Positions 47,408 to 60,057 of a stretch of DNA of 64,000 bases are shown one piece after another. The stretch comes from Piscinibacter sp. (GTDB lineage Bacteria > Pseudomonadota > Gammaproteobacteria > Burkholderiales > Burkholderiaceae_C), in NCBI RefSeq assembly GCF_036377015.1, contig NZ_DASUZE010000116.1. The stretch is one strand, 5' to 3'. Position numbers and translations under genes: made by a program. Position 1 is the first letter of the stretch, and each line of letters starts with the position of its first letter. A model generated the notes under the pieces. That model was not told the DNA's origin, ran no database searches, and was given only the letters and a program-made list of their open reading frames with translations.

Positions 47408-48010
47408 ATGCCGTTGGACACCGCCCCCGACCTGCCGCCGATCACGCTGCTGCTGCGCCGCGCCACCGAAGGCGACCGGGCCGCCCTGGACCAGGTCTTC
47501 GAGTCGCTCTACCCCGAGCTGCGGCGCGTCGCCCGCGCCCGATTGCACAGCCAGGGCCGGGCCAACGCGATGAACACCACCATGCTGGTCCACGAGAGCT
47601 TCATGCGGCTGGTCAACGCCAGCGGGCTGCGCCTCGAGGATCGCCAGCACTTCTTCGCCTACGCGGCCAAGACCATGCGCAACGTCATCATCGACGCCGC
47701 GCGCGAGCACCACGCCGAGCGCCGCGGCGGCGGCGCCGAGCACCTCACGCTGGGCGGCGACGACGCCCTGCAGGTGCCCGACACCAGCGCCAGCGCCGAG
47801 CTGCTGCGCGTCAACGACGCCCTGCTCGAGCTCGAGACCCTGGACCCCGACCTGGTCCAGGTGGTCGAGATGCGCTACTTCGGCGGCTACAGCGAGCAGG
47901 AGATCGCCGAGATGCAGGGCGTGACCGAGCGCACCGTGCGCCGCCGCTGGGACAAGGCCCGAGCCTGGCTGTACGTCGCCCTCGGCGGCACGGGCGGCGC
48001 GTCGGCCTGA
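47408..48010 (+). CDS. ECF sigma factor (TIGR02999-like, kinase-associated) 1
   Basis: LYPELRRVAR, MNTTMLVHESFMRL, FFAYAAKTMRNVIID, VEMRYFGG, TVRRRWDKARAWL. Confidence 0.92.
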   Translation: MPLDTAPDLPPITLLLRRATEGDRAALDQVFESLYPELRRVARARLHSQGRANAMNTTMLVHESFMRLVNASGLRLEDRQHFFAYAAKTMRNVIIDAAREHHAERRGGGAEHLTLGGDDALQVPDTSASAELLRVNDALLELETLDPDLVQVVEMRYFGGYSEQEIAEMQGVTERTVRRRWDKARAWLYVALGGTGGASA

Positions 48011-48013
48011 GTT

Positions 48014-48349
48014 TCAGCCGCGCTCCTGCGCCGCGAGCGACTGCTCGCGCCAACGCTGCAGCTGATCGGCGGTGGCCTCGAAGCGCATCCCATACACCCA
48101 GGGCCCCTGCTGCCGCATCTCCAGCGCAAGGCGCGCGGCCTCCGCATCGCCCAGATCGGCCCGCCGGACCAGCGACGCATAGCTGCTGAGCCACAGGTGC
48201 CGCTCCGGCTCGCCGGGCAGCAGCGTCCCGGCGTCGGGCGGCTCGGTCCCGGCACAGGCCAGCAGCAGCAGGCAGGACGCCAGGGCGGCGAGCATCACGA
48301 GCAGGACGCAGGCCGGCCGGACCTGCGCCCTCGGCAGTCGGCCACTCAT
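48014..48349 (-). CDS. Hypothetical exported protein, probably a lipoprotein
   Basis: Basic N-terminus, hydrophobic stretch ending LLLAC; starts 1 nt after the DUF4148-like stop. Confidence 0.6.
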   Translation of the reverse strand: MSGRLPRAQVRPACVLLVMLAALASCLLLLACAGTEPPDAGTLLPGEPERHLWLSSYASLVRRADLGDAEAARLALEMRQQGPWVYGMRFEATADQLQRWREQSLAAQERG

Positions 48350-48350
48350 C

Positions 48351-48635
48351 TCAGCCGCCGGTGTGAAGCGGGTCGACGCGATGCGCATGCGCGGCCGCTA
48401 CCGCCTCCGCCCGCACCTCCTCGCGCGTGCGCACGGCAACGAACGGCGGGTCGGCGCGCAGACTGGCCTCGCCGCGCACGATCTCGCCATCGGCGCGCGC
48501 CTGCGCCAGTGCCGATTTCACGGCCTCGCGGGTCAGGACCGAGGGCTCGATCGGAAATTCGGTGGCCTCCATGGCGATGCTCGCGCCGCCCACCAGCGCG
48601 AGTACCGGAACGAGAATCAACTGCCGGCTGTTCAT
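48351..48635 (-). CDS. DUF4148-like small periplasmic protein
   Basis: Signal peptide; LTREAVKSALAQARADGEI..GE and TREEVRAEA repeats; AAGGAAG RBS. Confidence 0.8.
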   Translation of the reverse strand: MNSRQLILVPVLALVGGASIAMEATEFPIEPSVLTREAVKSALAQARADGEIVRGEASLRADPPFVAVRTREEVRAEAVAAAHAHRVDPLHTGG

Positions 48636-48697
48636 GACGCTTCCTTTGACAATGAGGTTGACGAGACCCCGACCCCTCTCGGCGTCTCGGCCCCATG

Positions 48698-48724
48698 TAC
48701 GTGAACGGCCCGCCGGAGCGGACG
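48698..48724 (-). promoter_or_regulatory. Candidate ECF promoter CGTCCG-N17-CGTA upstream of DUF4148-like gene
   Basis: Sense CGTCCG ctccggcgggccgttca CGTA. Confidence 0.58.
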
Positions 48725-48750
48725 CGGCGGGTCCACAAGCCGAGGGACGC

Positions 48751-51501
48751 TCAGACCAGCGACAGCACCATCGGCAGCCGCGTGACGGCGACGTGCGACG
48801 GCGCCGCCATGTCGGCCCGCATCGACTCGATGCGGTGCAGCAGCGGCGCCGCGTCGCCCAGGCTCTCGCGCAGGGCGGGCAGGGCCGCGTCGATCAGCGC
48901 CAGCGCCTGGGCCGACTCGCCCAGGACATGCCGCGACGCCGCCGCATGCACACCGGCCAGCAGTGCCAGCACATGACCGCTGCCGTAGTCCTGCGCAAAG
49001 CTGCGCCGCGCTTCCTCCAGCGCCTCCAGGGCCTGCGGATGCAGGCGCTGCGCCTGCAGGGCGACGCCCAGCAGCAGGTGGGCCCGGGCCAGGTCGCTGC
49101 CCGACATCGACGGCTGGCGGGCGATCAGCCGCTGCACCCGCACCGCCGCCCGGGCCGGCTCGTCGTCGAAGAGTGCGGCCTCGGCCAGTGCCAGCGTGGC
49201 CGCCACCTCGGTCGCCCTCGGCAAGCGCATGGACGCCGGCGGATCCGCCAGCAGCACCAGGCGGCGGCGCAAGTCGTGGCCCGGCGGCAGCTCGCGATGG
49301 GCGGCGAGCACTCGGCACGCGACGATCAGGGCGCCGTCGTCGCTGGACCCCTGGAGCAGTTGCGGCACGAGCTGCCGGGCGGCCTCGAGCTCGCCGAGGC
49401 GAAGCAGCACCTGCGCCTGGGTCTCGCGCAGCGCGGCGCACGGCGGCGCCCGCGTGCCGCCAGGTCCGCTGCAGCGCGCCAGCGCCGCCTCGATCCCGCG
49501 CAGCGCGCTCGAGTGGCGCCCCTCGTCGACGTGGATCCGCGCACGCTGCAGGTCGATGGCCAGCAGCTCGCCCGCATCGATCCCGGGAATTCGGGTGGCC
49601 CGCGCCGCCGCCCGCTCGATGTGCTCGCGGGCCTGCCGGTGCTGGTGCCGCTCGCCCTCGACCTGCGCCAGGGCGCGCAGGGCGCGCACGGCGCGATCGT
49701 CATCGCCGCGCCCGGCCTCGCCGGCTGCGAGGGCGCGCCGCATCGCGGCCTCGGCGCCTGCCAGGTCGCCGTCGTCGAGCGCCAGCCAGCCACGCGCCTC
49801 GGCGACCCGCGCCTGCAGCATGGCGTCATCGGGGTGCCGCCGCGCCACGGCCTCGGCCTCGTCGAGCAAGGCGCCTGCGCGATCGCGCTGACCCATGCGG
49901 CGGGCGTTCTCGGCCTGACTGGCCTGGGTGCGCGCCAGCGGCCGGGTCAGGCCCAGGCGGCGGTAGAGCGCAGTCGCCTGGCGGAAGCTCGCGTCCGCCT
50001 GGACGTGCTCGCCGCGAAAGGACTGGACCTCGGCGATGCCCTCCAGCACCTCGCCCATCAGCGCCGGCTGCCGTCCCAGGGTGCTGGCGGCCCGGCGCTG
50101 TCCAGCTTCGAGCATGTCGCGCGCGGTGAGGTCGGCGCCGCGCGAGCCGTCGGGATCGGCCATGCGGAACAGGTCGAGCACGAAGTCGCGGGCGGCGCTG
50201 GCGCGCGCCGCTTCCTGGCGCGCCTGCAGGCCCAGCAGCAGCGCGGACGTCGCCGCGGTCGCCAGCATGACCGCCACCGCAAGGCCCGCCGCGACGCCGA
50301 AGCGATGGCGGGCGGCGAGCTTGACCGCGCGGGTCCAGTGCCCCGGCGCGCGGGCGAGCACCGGCTGGCCGGCCAGCCAGCGACCGAGGTCGGCGTCGAG
50401 CGCCTCGACGGAGGGGTAGCGCGACCAGGGCCGCTTGGCCAGGGCACGCAGCGCGACCGCGTCCAGCTCGGGGTTGAGTTGGCGGCGCAGCGCCTTGGCC
50501 GTCGCGCCGCGTGCGGCTGCCACGGCCTCGCCCGCCACGCGCCGGCTGGGCGGCCTCGGGTCCTCCTCGAGGATGCAGTGCTCGAGCTGCGCCGCCGAGC
50601 CGGACGTCGGCTCGTAGGGCGACTCGCCGCACAGCAGCTCGTACAGCACCACGCCCAGCGAGTAGACGTCGCTCGCGGTGGTCAGCGGCAGGCCGCGCAG
50701 CTGCTCGGGGCTGGCATAGGCGGGCGTGAGCAGCCGACCGGCCTGGCACGTGAGATCGCTGTCGATGGAGGCGCCGTCCTCCGACTCCACCAGCTTGGCG
50801 ATCCCGAAGTCCAGCAGCCGGACTTCGCCCTGGGTGGTGACGAAGATGTTGTCCGGCTTGAGGTCGCGGTGGATGACAAGGTTGGCGTGGGCGTAGCGCA
50901 CGGCATCGAGCACCTGCCGGAACAGGCCGATGCGCTGGCGCAGGTCCAGCCCTTCCCGGTCGCAGTAGTCGGTGACGGGCTCGCCCTGCACGTGCTGCAG
51001 CGCCAGCCAGTGCTGGCCCTGGCCGGTCACCCCGGCGTCGTGCAGCGCGGCGATGCGCGGGTGGTCGAGGGTGGCGAGGATGTCGCGCTCGCGCGCGAAG
51101 CGAGCGCTGCTCGCGTCGGCGCCCGGGCCCTGGCTGTCGGGATGCTGGAACAGGAGCTTGATGGCGACCTCGCGATGAAAGGCGCCATCGACCCGCTCGC
51201 CCAGCCACACCTGCGCCATGCCGCCGGTGCCCAGGTGCCGCAGCAACCGGTACGGACCGACGCGCGCGCCGGGCGCCCAGCGGGGCGTGCCACCGAGGTC
51301 GAGCACCGCGATGCCGTCGAGGAAGCCGAGCGCATCCATGCGCTCCCCCGCCGACAGCATGCGCTGCAGCGGCGCGAGCAGCGTGCTGCGCTCGGCGGCC
51401 AGTCGCTCGAGCAACTCGGCCCGGGCGAAGGGGTCGAGCTCGATGGCCTGCTCGTAGATCGACGACAGCGCCTCCCAGTCCGACTCCACACCACCGTCCA
51501 C
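48751..51501 (-). CDS. Membrane Hanks-type Ser/Thr kinase with TPR-like C-terminal sensor (module 2)
   Basis: GTGGMAQV, VAIK, HRDLKPDN, DFGIAK, YASPEQ; start tentatively GTG 51501 (GGAGG RBS; aligns with kinase 1 N-terminus). Confidence 0.9.
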   Translation of the reverse strand: MDGGVESDWEALSSIYEQAIELDPFARAELLERLAAERSTLLAPLQRMLSAGERMDALGFLDGIAVLDLGGTPRWAPGARVGPYRLLRHLGTGGMAQVWLGERVDGAFHREVAIKLLFQHPDSQGPGADASSARFARERDILATLDHPRIAALHDAGVTGQGQHWLALQHVQGEPVTDYCDREGLDLRQRIGLFRQVLDAVRYAHANLVIHRDLKPDNIFVTTQGEVRLLDFGIAKLVESEDGASIDSDLTCQAGRLLTPAYASPEQLRGLPLTTASDVYSLGVVLYELLCGESPYEPTSGSAAQLEHCILEEDPRPPSRRVAGEAVAAARGATAKALRRQLNPELDAVALRALAKRPWSRYPSVEALDADLGRWLAGQPVLARAPGHWTRAVKLAARHRFGVAAGLAVAVMLATAATSALLLGLQARQEAARASAARDFVLDLFRMADPDGSRGADLTARDMLEAGQRRAASTLGRQPALMGEVLEGIAEVQSFRGEHVQADASFRQATALYRRLGLTRPLARTQASQAENARRMGQRDRAGALLDEAEAVARRHPDDAMLQARVAEARGWLALDDGDLAGAEAAMRRALAAGEAGRGDDDRAVRALRALAQVEGERHQHRQAREHIERAAARATRIPGIDAGELLAIDLQRARIHVDEGRHSSALRGIEAALARCSGPGGTRAPPCAALRETQAQVLLRLGELEAARQLVPQLLQGSSDDGALIVACRVLAAHRELPPGHDLRRRLVLLADPPASMRLPRATEVAATLALAEAALFDDEPARAAVRVQRLIARQPSMSGSDLARAHLLLGVALQAQRLHPQALEALEEARRSFAQDYGSGHVLALLAGVHAAASRHVLGESAQALALIDAALPALRESLGDAAPLLHRIESMRADMAAPSHVAVTRLPMVLSLV

Positions 51502-51611
51502 GCGCCCTCCCCCCGGTGCCGTGAATGATGGGTGCGACACCGGCCGGCCGCGTCCTCCCGTTGTAGGAGGCGCGCCGGCCGCCATGCCGGCCCGGCGCCT
51601 ACCCTGACGGG

Positions 51612-52190
51612 ATGGACACGGTCCTCGACCAGAACCCGCTGCCGCGCATCACCGTGCTGCTGCGGCACGCCGCCGGCGGCGACCGCGCGGCGCTGGATGC
51701 GGTCTTCGCCTCGCTCTATCCGGAGCTGAAGCGCATCGCCCGCTCGCGCCTGCGGCAGCATCGCCGCAACGAGGCGATGGACACGACCACCCTGGTGCAC
51801 GAGAGCTTTCTGCGGCTGGTCCGGGCGCAGGACCTGGACCTGGCGGACCGGCGCCACTTCTTCGCCTACGCCGCCAAGGCGATGCGCAACGTGATCATCG
51901 ACAGCGCCCGCAACCAGCAGGCCGCGCGCCGCGGCGGCGGGCTGCACCACGTGACCCTGGCCGACGACGCAGCCCCCGCGCCGCCGGCGAGCGACGACCT
52001 GCTGCGCATCAACGATGCGATGCAGCAGCTCGAGGCGGTCGATCCGCTCCTGGCCGAGGTGGTGGACATGCGCTACTTCGGTGGCTACAGCGAGCGCGAG
52101 ATCGCGGCGCTGCAGGGTGTGGACGAGCGCACCGTGAGGCGGCGTTGGGACAAGGCCAGGGCGTGGCTGTTCGTGGCGCTGGAAGAGTGA
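51612..52190 (+). CDS. ECF sigma factor (TIGR02999-like, kinase-associated) 2
   Basis: LYPELKRIAR, MDTTTLVHESFLRL, FFAYAAKAMRNVIID, TVRRRWDKARAWL. Confidence 0.92.
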   Translation: MDTVLDQNPLPRITVLLRHAAGGDRAALDAVFASLYPELKRIARSRLRQHRRNEAMDTTTLVHESFLRLVRAQDLDLADRRHFFAYAAKAMRNVIIDSARNQQAARRGGGLHHVTLADDAAPAPPASDDLLRINDAMQQLEAVDPLLAEVVDMRYFGGYSEREIAALQGVDERTVRRRWDKARAWLFVALEE

Positions 52191-52198
52191 GGCACGGC

Positions 52199-52257
52199 CC
52201 CGGGTTGCACCCGGGCTACCTGGACGGGATCTACCCGTAGCCCGGGTGCAACCCGGG
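52199..52257. repeat. Inverted pair of GTAG REPs
   Basis: CCCGGGTTGCACCCGGGCTAC (52199-52219) and GTAGCCCGGGTGCAACCCGGG (52237-52257), 17-nt spacer. Confidence 0.88.
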
Positions 52258-52417
52258 AATCGTCCATCACTTCCTGGACCACCAGCCCCTGCCGCAGCTC
52301 CCAGCTCGATTCGTACCAACCGTTCATGCCACTTTCTCCGCTCGTTGAGTGCGGCGCAGTGTTCCAGCGCGGTTGACCGTTGCCCATCGCCCCGTGGGCC
52401 CACCCCGAGGGGCTCGC

Positions 52418-53302
52418 TCAATCGGTCGGCGTGACGCTGACCGACACCTCCATCTCCTGCTGCCCACCGCCGAGGATCACGCCGCGCAGCGGCACGACGT
52501 CGGCGAAGTCGGCGCCCCAGGCGAGCGTGATGTAGCGGTGGTCGGCCGGCTGGTCGTTGGTGGGATCGAACTCCACCCAGCCGCGCAGCGGCGAATACGC
52601 CGCGACCCAGGCGTGCGACGCGTCGACGCCCATCAGCCGCGGCTGGCCGGGCGGCGGCTCGGTGAGCAGGTAACCCGACACGTAGCGCGCCGGCAGCCCG
52701 TGGCCGCGCAGGCAGGCCAGCAGCAGGTGGGCGAAGTCCTGGCAGACGCCGCGCTTCTGGTGCAGCACCTCGTCGACCGACGTGCTGACCGTGGTGGCGC
52801 CCGGCTCGAATTCGAAGTCGCGGTGGATGCGGTGCATCAGGTCGGCGACCGCTTCGTGCCAGTCGCGGCCGGGCTCGAGCGACGGCAAGGCGTACATGCG
52901 CGCGCCTTCGGACAAGGGCACCAGCGGCGTGGGCTCGCACATGCGCGCCGGCACGAGATCGTCCTGCTGCGCGTCGCGCCGGACCGCGTCGCGCACGGCC
53001 TCCCAGGGCTCGCCCTCGGGATGGCGCTCGGGCTGCGGACGGTCGGCCACCTCGACCACGCAGTGCATGCGCACGCGCAGCAGGCGATGCGCCCCGTGCA
53101 GGCCGAAGTGCGTCACCGTATTGCCGAAGCTGTCGGGCGCATCGTGTCGCTCGTCGGGCGGCGGATCGATGGCCAGCGAATGCGACAGCAGCCGCTGCCA
53201 GGGCAACGCACGCGGCGTGAGGCGGGCAAGCTGCCACGACTGCGACACCGGCGCGGTGTACGAATAGTCGGTCTCGTGCTCGACCGTGTAGCGTGGGGTC
53301 AT
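52418..53302 (-). CDS. Transglutaminase-like protein with N-terminal Bact_transglu_N domain
   Basis: YTVEHETDYSY; GVCQDFAH, SHAWV, EFDPTN triad. Confidence 0.92.
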   Translation of the reverse strand: MTPRYTVEHETDYSYTAPVSQSWQLARLTPRALPWQRLLSHSLAIDPPPDERHDAPDSFGNTVTHFGLHGAHRLLRVRMHCVVEVADRPQPERHPEGEPWEAVRDAVRRDAQQDDLVPARMCEPTPLVPLSEGARMYALPSLEPGRDWHEAVADLMHRIHRDFEFEPGATTVSTSVDEVLHQKRGVCQDFAHLLLACLRGHGLPARYVSGYLLTEPPPGQPRLMGVDASHAWVAAYSPLRGWVEFDPTNDQPADHRYITLAWGADFADVVPLRGVILGGGQQEMEVSVSVTPTD

Positions 53303-53304
53303 CT

Positions 53305-55761
53305 TCAGGCGACGAGCGACAGCACGCTGCGCGAAGCGGCATGCGAGAAGAACTTCAGGCTCAACTCGTCCGAGCACGCCAGCGCCGCGCGATGCAGCTG
53401 CTCCAGCACATGCGCCACCGCCTCGCTCTCGGGATGCAGGTCCTGGGGCATCAGGTTGGCCAGGGCGATCCGCCCCGGCGCGAGGACGTCGCTGGCGACG
53501 CGGCCGTGGCTCAGCTCCAGCTTGGCGATGTACTCCGACAGGCCCTTCACCTGGAAGGCCACCGAGCGGGGGTTGGCCTCGTCGCGCAGCAGCAGGTCGA
53601 GCACCGGCAGCCATTCGGGCGCGACGAGGTAGCGCGAGCGGTAGGTCACGCTGGAGTCGGCGAGCTCGAGCAGCCAGTCCAGGCCGTGGTTGCGGCCTTC
53701 ATGGATGGCCACCTGCAGCATGGTGCACAGGTTGGACAGCCGCTCCACCCGCCGCCCGAGCGAGAGGAAGCGCCAGCCCAGCCCGCGCGTCATGCCGTCG
53801 AGGACGAAGCCCGACAGCGTCATCATCGACGTGACCGCGCGATCGAGCCAGGCCAGCGCCAGCGGCAGCGAGGCGCCGTGGCGGAACACCGGATCGCCGA
53901 TCAGCTTGTTGAGCGTGCGCCAGTTGTCGGCCGACATGCGGTCGCGCAGGTTGAAGGCCACGCGTGAGAGCTGGCGCAGCCGCTCGGCCAGCGCGTCATC
54001 CGGGTGGGTGGCGGCGCGCAGCAGGTCGGGCCCGGGGTTCTCGGTGCCGGGCACCAGGCCCATCCGCTCGGCCAGCGCCAGCACGGGCGCCACGCCGTCG
54101 GTCTCGTCGGCGCTGTCGTCGAGCACGCCCGCGATCGCGACGCGCAGCAGGCGCACGCTGGCCTCGCAGCGCTCGCCGTAGCGGCCGAACCAGAACAGGT
54201 TCTCGGCCGCGCGCGACGGCAGGTTGGCGCGCGCGGTCACCAGGTCATCGGGCTCGACGGTGCGCGACAGCAGCGAGAACGCGGCGTTGATGGGCGCGTC
54301 GGAGAGGACCCAGGTGTCCTTCGAGCGGCCGCCGCGCTGCATCCCGATGCCGCGGGTGTCGCCCTCGGCGGCGACGCGCGTCAGGCCGCCGGGCATCACG
54401 CGCCAGCCGTCGGGCGTGGCCACGGCGAACACCCGCAGGCCGACGTTGCGCGCGCGCAGCTGCTCGGCCAGCGCGCCCGGCCCGCGCTCGAGCACCGGCG
54501 CCTGCGAGCCGTGCACCCACTCCTGTGCGACGTAGCGTTGCGGCCGCGAGGCGACGCGGGCGCGCAGGCTCAGCCGCTCGTCGGTGTCGAAGTCGGACGC
54601 AAAGACGCCGCGCTCGCCGCTGGAGCGGTCGAGCGGCTTGATGAGGACCTGGTCCAGCCGCTTCCAGGCATCGATGAAGGCGGCCGGCTCGCCCAGCCAC
54701 CAGGTCGCGATCGAGGGCAGCTTCAGCGGCTCGCCCAGCAGGCGCTCCGACAGCGCGGGGAGGTAGCCCAGCAAGGCGCCCGACTCGAGCACGCCGGAGC
54801 CGAGCGCGTTGGCCAGCATCACCGTGCCGCGGCGCGCGCAATCGGTGAGGCCCGGCACACCCAAAGCGGAGTCGGTGCGCAGCTCCAGCGGGTCGCAGTA
54901 GTCATCGTCCTGGCGGCGCAGGATGGCGTGCACCCGCTTGAGGCCTTCGACCGTCTTCATCCACACGCGGCCGTCGCGCACGGTGAGGTCGTTGCCTTCC
55001 ACGAGCGGAAAGCCGAGGTAGCGCGCCAGCAGCGCATGCTCGAAGTAGGTCTCGTTGTACGGACCGGGGGTGAGCAGCACCACCAGGGGCGCGCCGTCGC
55101 CCTTGGGCGCCCAGCGCATCAGCGACTCGCGCAGCGCGGCGAAGAACGACGCGAGCCGCTCCACGTGCAGCTCGCGGAACATGCGCGGGAAGACGCGCGA
55201 CACGACCAGCCGGTTCTCCAGCGCATAGCCCGCGCCCGATGGCGCCTGCGTGCGATCGCCGACCACCCACCAGTGGCCGTCGGGCGAGCGCGCGAGGTCG
55301 GCCGCGTACTGGAACAGGTGGATCCCGCCGGGCGGACGGATGCCCTGCACCTGATGCAGGAAGCCGCTGTGGCCGAAGACGACCGAGGGCGGAATGGCGC
55401 CCGATCGCATCAGCTCCTGCGGCCCGTAGATGTCGGCCAGCACGCGATTGAGCAGGTCGGCGCGCTGCGCGATGCCGGCCTCGATGGTCTCCCACTCGGC
55501 GGGCGACAGCAGCAGCGGCAGCGGGTCGACCTCCCAGGGGCGGTCGGCGCCCTTGGGGTCGGCATAGACGTTGTAGGTGATGCCGTGCTCGCGGATCCCG
55601 CGCTCCATCAGCGACAGCGTGTCGTTGACCTCCGGCCCCTCACGCTCGGCCAGCGCGCGCAGGAACGCATCCCAGTGCGCCCGCGGCCGGCCGGGAGCCG
55701 AGAGCAGTTCGTCGTAGCGGCCCTCGAGGGCGGCGTAGTCGGCGAGGAGCTGTCGAAGCAT
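53305..55761 (-). CDS. Circularly permuted ATP-grasp fused to alpha-E domain
   Basis: DRTQAPSGAGYALENR, YFEHALLARYLG, NALGSG, MPGGLTRV, SKDTWV, then RAAENLFWFGRYGER alpha-E block; start uncertain (55761 or 55794). Confidence 0.9.
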   Translation of the reverse strand: MLRQLLADYAALEGRYDELLSAPGRPRAHWDAFLRALAEREGPEVNDTLSLMERGIREHGITYNVYADPKGADRPWEVDPLPLLLSPAEWETIEAGIAQRADLLNRVLADIYGPQELMRSGAIPPSVVFGHSGFLHQVQGIRPPGGIHLFQYAADLARSPDGHWWVVGDRTQAPSGAGYALENRLVVSRVFPRMFRELHVERLASFFAALRESLMRWAPKGDGAPLVVLLTPGPYNETYFEHALLARYLGFPLVEGNDLTVRDGRVWMKTVEGLKRVHAILRRQDDDYCDPLELRTDSALGVPGLTDCARRGTVMLANALGSGVLESGALLGYLPALSERLLGEPLKLPSIATWWLGEPAAFIDAWKRLDQVLIKPLDRSSGERGVFASDFDTDERLSLRARVASRPQRYVAQEWVHGSQAPVLERGPGALAEQLRARNVGLRVFAVATPDGWRVMPGGLTRVAAEGDTRGIGMQRGGRSKDTWVLSDAPINAAFSLLSRTVEPDDLVTARANLPSRAAENLFWFGRYGERCEASVRLLRVAIAGVLDDSADETDGVAPVLALAERMGLVPGTENPGPDLLRAATHPDDALAERLRQLSRVAFNLRDRMSADNWRTLNKLIGDPVFRHGASLPLALAWLDRAVTSMMTLSGFVLDGMTRGLGWRFLSLGRRVERLSNLCTMLQVAIHEGRNHGLDWLLELADSSVTYRSRYLVAPEWLPVLDLLLRDEANPRSVAFQVKGLSEYIAKLELSHGRVASDVLAPGRIALANLMPQDLHPESEAVAHVLEQLHRAALACSDELSLKFFSHAASRSVLSLVA

Positions 55762-55810
55762 GGACCGGATTGTCGAGGGTGCGTCGCCGGCCATTGCTCG
55801 GTGTTTTTTC

Positions 55811-55832
55811 GTAGCCCGGGTGGCAACCCGGG
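55811..55832 (+). repeat. GTAG-type REP (variant)
   Basis: GTAGCCCGGGTGGCAACCCGGG. Confidence 0.8.
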
Positions 55833-55837
55833 ACACG

Positions 55838-59230
<3,393 letters not shown>

Positions 59231-59256
59231 GGGATCTCCCCGGGGGAAATGGAAGG

Positions 59257-60057
59257 TCAGGGTGCGGCGGGACGGATCTGCACGCTGACCCGCATCGCCT
59301 CCTCGCCGCCGCCGTGGCGCACGCCCCGGATGGGCAGGCAGGCCGCATAGTCGGGGCCCACCGCGAGGCGCACATGGCGATCATCCATCACGCAGCCGTG
59401 GGTGACGTCGACGCTCAGCCACAGCCGGCCGGGGATGTCGATGCACACGTCGGCCCAGGCATGGCTGGCCAGCGCCGGCGAGTCGGGCGCGTAGAAATAG
59501 CCGCTGACATAGCGCGCCGGCACGCCGCGCGCGCGGCAGGCGGCGATGAACACATGGGCCTGGTCCTGGCAGACGCCGGCGCCGATGTCGAGCGCGTCGA
59601 CCGCGCTGGTCATCACGTCGGTGACGCCGTGCCGGTAGGCCACGCGTTCGCGCACCAGGCGCGCCAGGGCCAGCAGGTTGCGCTCGGCCGGGGCGCCGTC
59701 CAGGGCCTGGGCGCCGATGTTGAGCAGCTGCCGGTCGAAGGGCGTGAGCGCGGTGGGCCGCAGGTACAGCAGTGGCGACGGCAGCGCGGGCGCATCGACC
59801 AGCCATGGCGAGGCATGCGTCTCGACCAGGCCGGCGGCATGGATGGCGCCGCGCCACAAGCGCCGCGCGAGCGTCCAGGTGTGGGCTTCGTTGCCGTAGC
59901 CGTCGCGCTGCGCGAACAGCTTGCCCGGGACCTGCAACGCCCAGCGCAGCACCGTCTGGTGCGCGCTCGGCTGCGGCGTCAGACGCAGCGACTGCGTGCT
60001 GTAGCGCAGCGGGGCGCTGTACTCGTAGTGCGTTTCGTGCTGGATGTCGAGCTTCAT
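59257..60057 (-). CDS. Transglutaminase-like protein
   Basis: IQHETHYEY; GVCQDQAH, SHAWA, VDVT. Confidence 0.92.
   Translation of the reverse strand: MKLDIQHETHYEYSAPLRYSTQSLRLTPQPSAHQTVLRWALQVPGKLFAQRDGYGNEAHTWTLARRLWRGAIHAAGLVETHASPWLVDAPALPSPLLYLRPTALTPFDRQLLNIGAQALDGAPAERNLLALARLVRERVAYRHGVTDVMTSAVDALDIGAGVCQDQAHVFIAACRARGVPARYVSGYFYAPDSPALASHAWADVCIDIPGRLWLSVDVTHGCVMDDRHVRLAVGPDYAACLPIRGVRHGGGEEAMRVSVQIRPAAP

Noticed and set aside
51501-51620. Possible fourth ECF promoter before kinase 2 (TGTCCA)
   Set aside because: No CGTA at 17 nt.
52328-52400. CGATGGG followed by AACACT resembling the CGATG box promoter
   Set aside because: Only one half-site, and the spacing is 19 rather than 18 nt.
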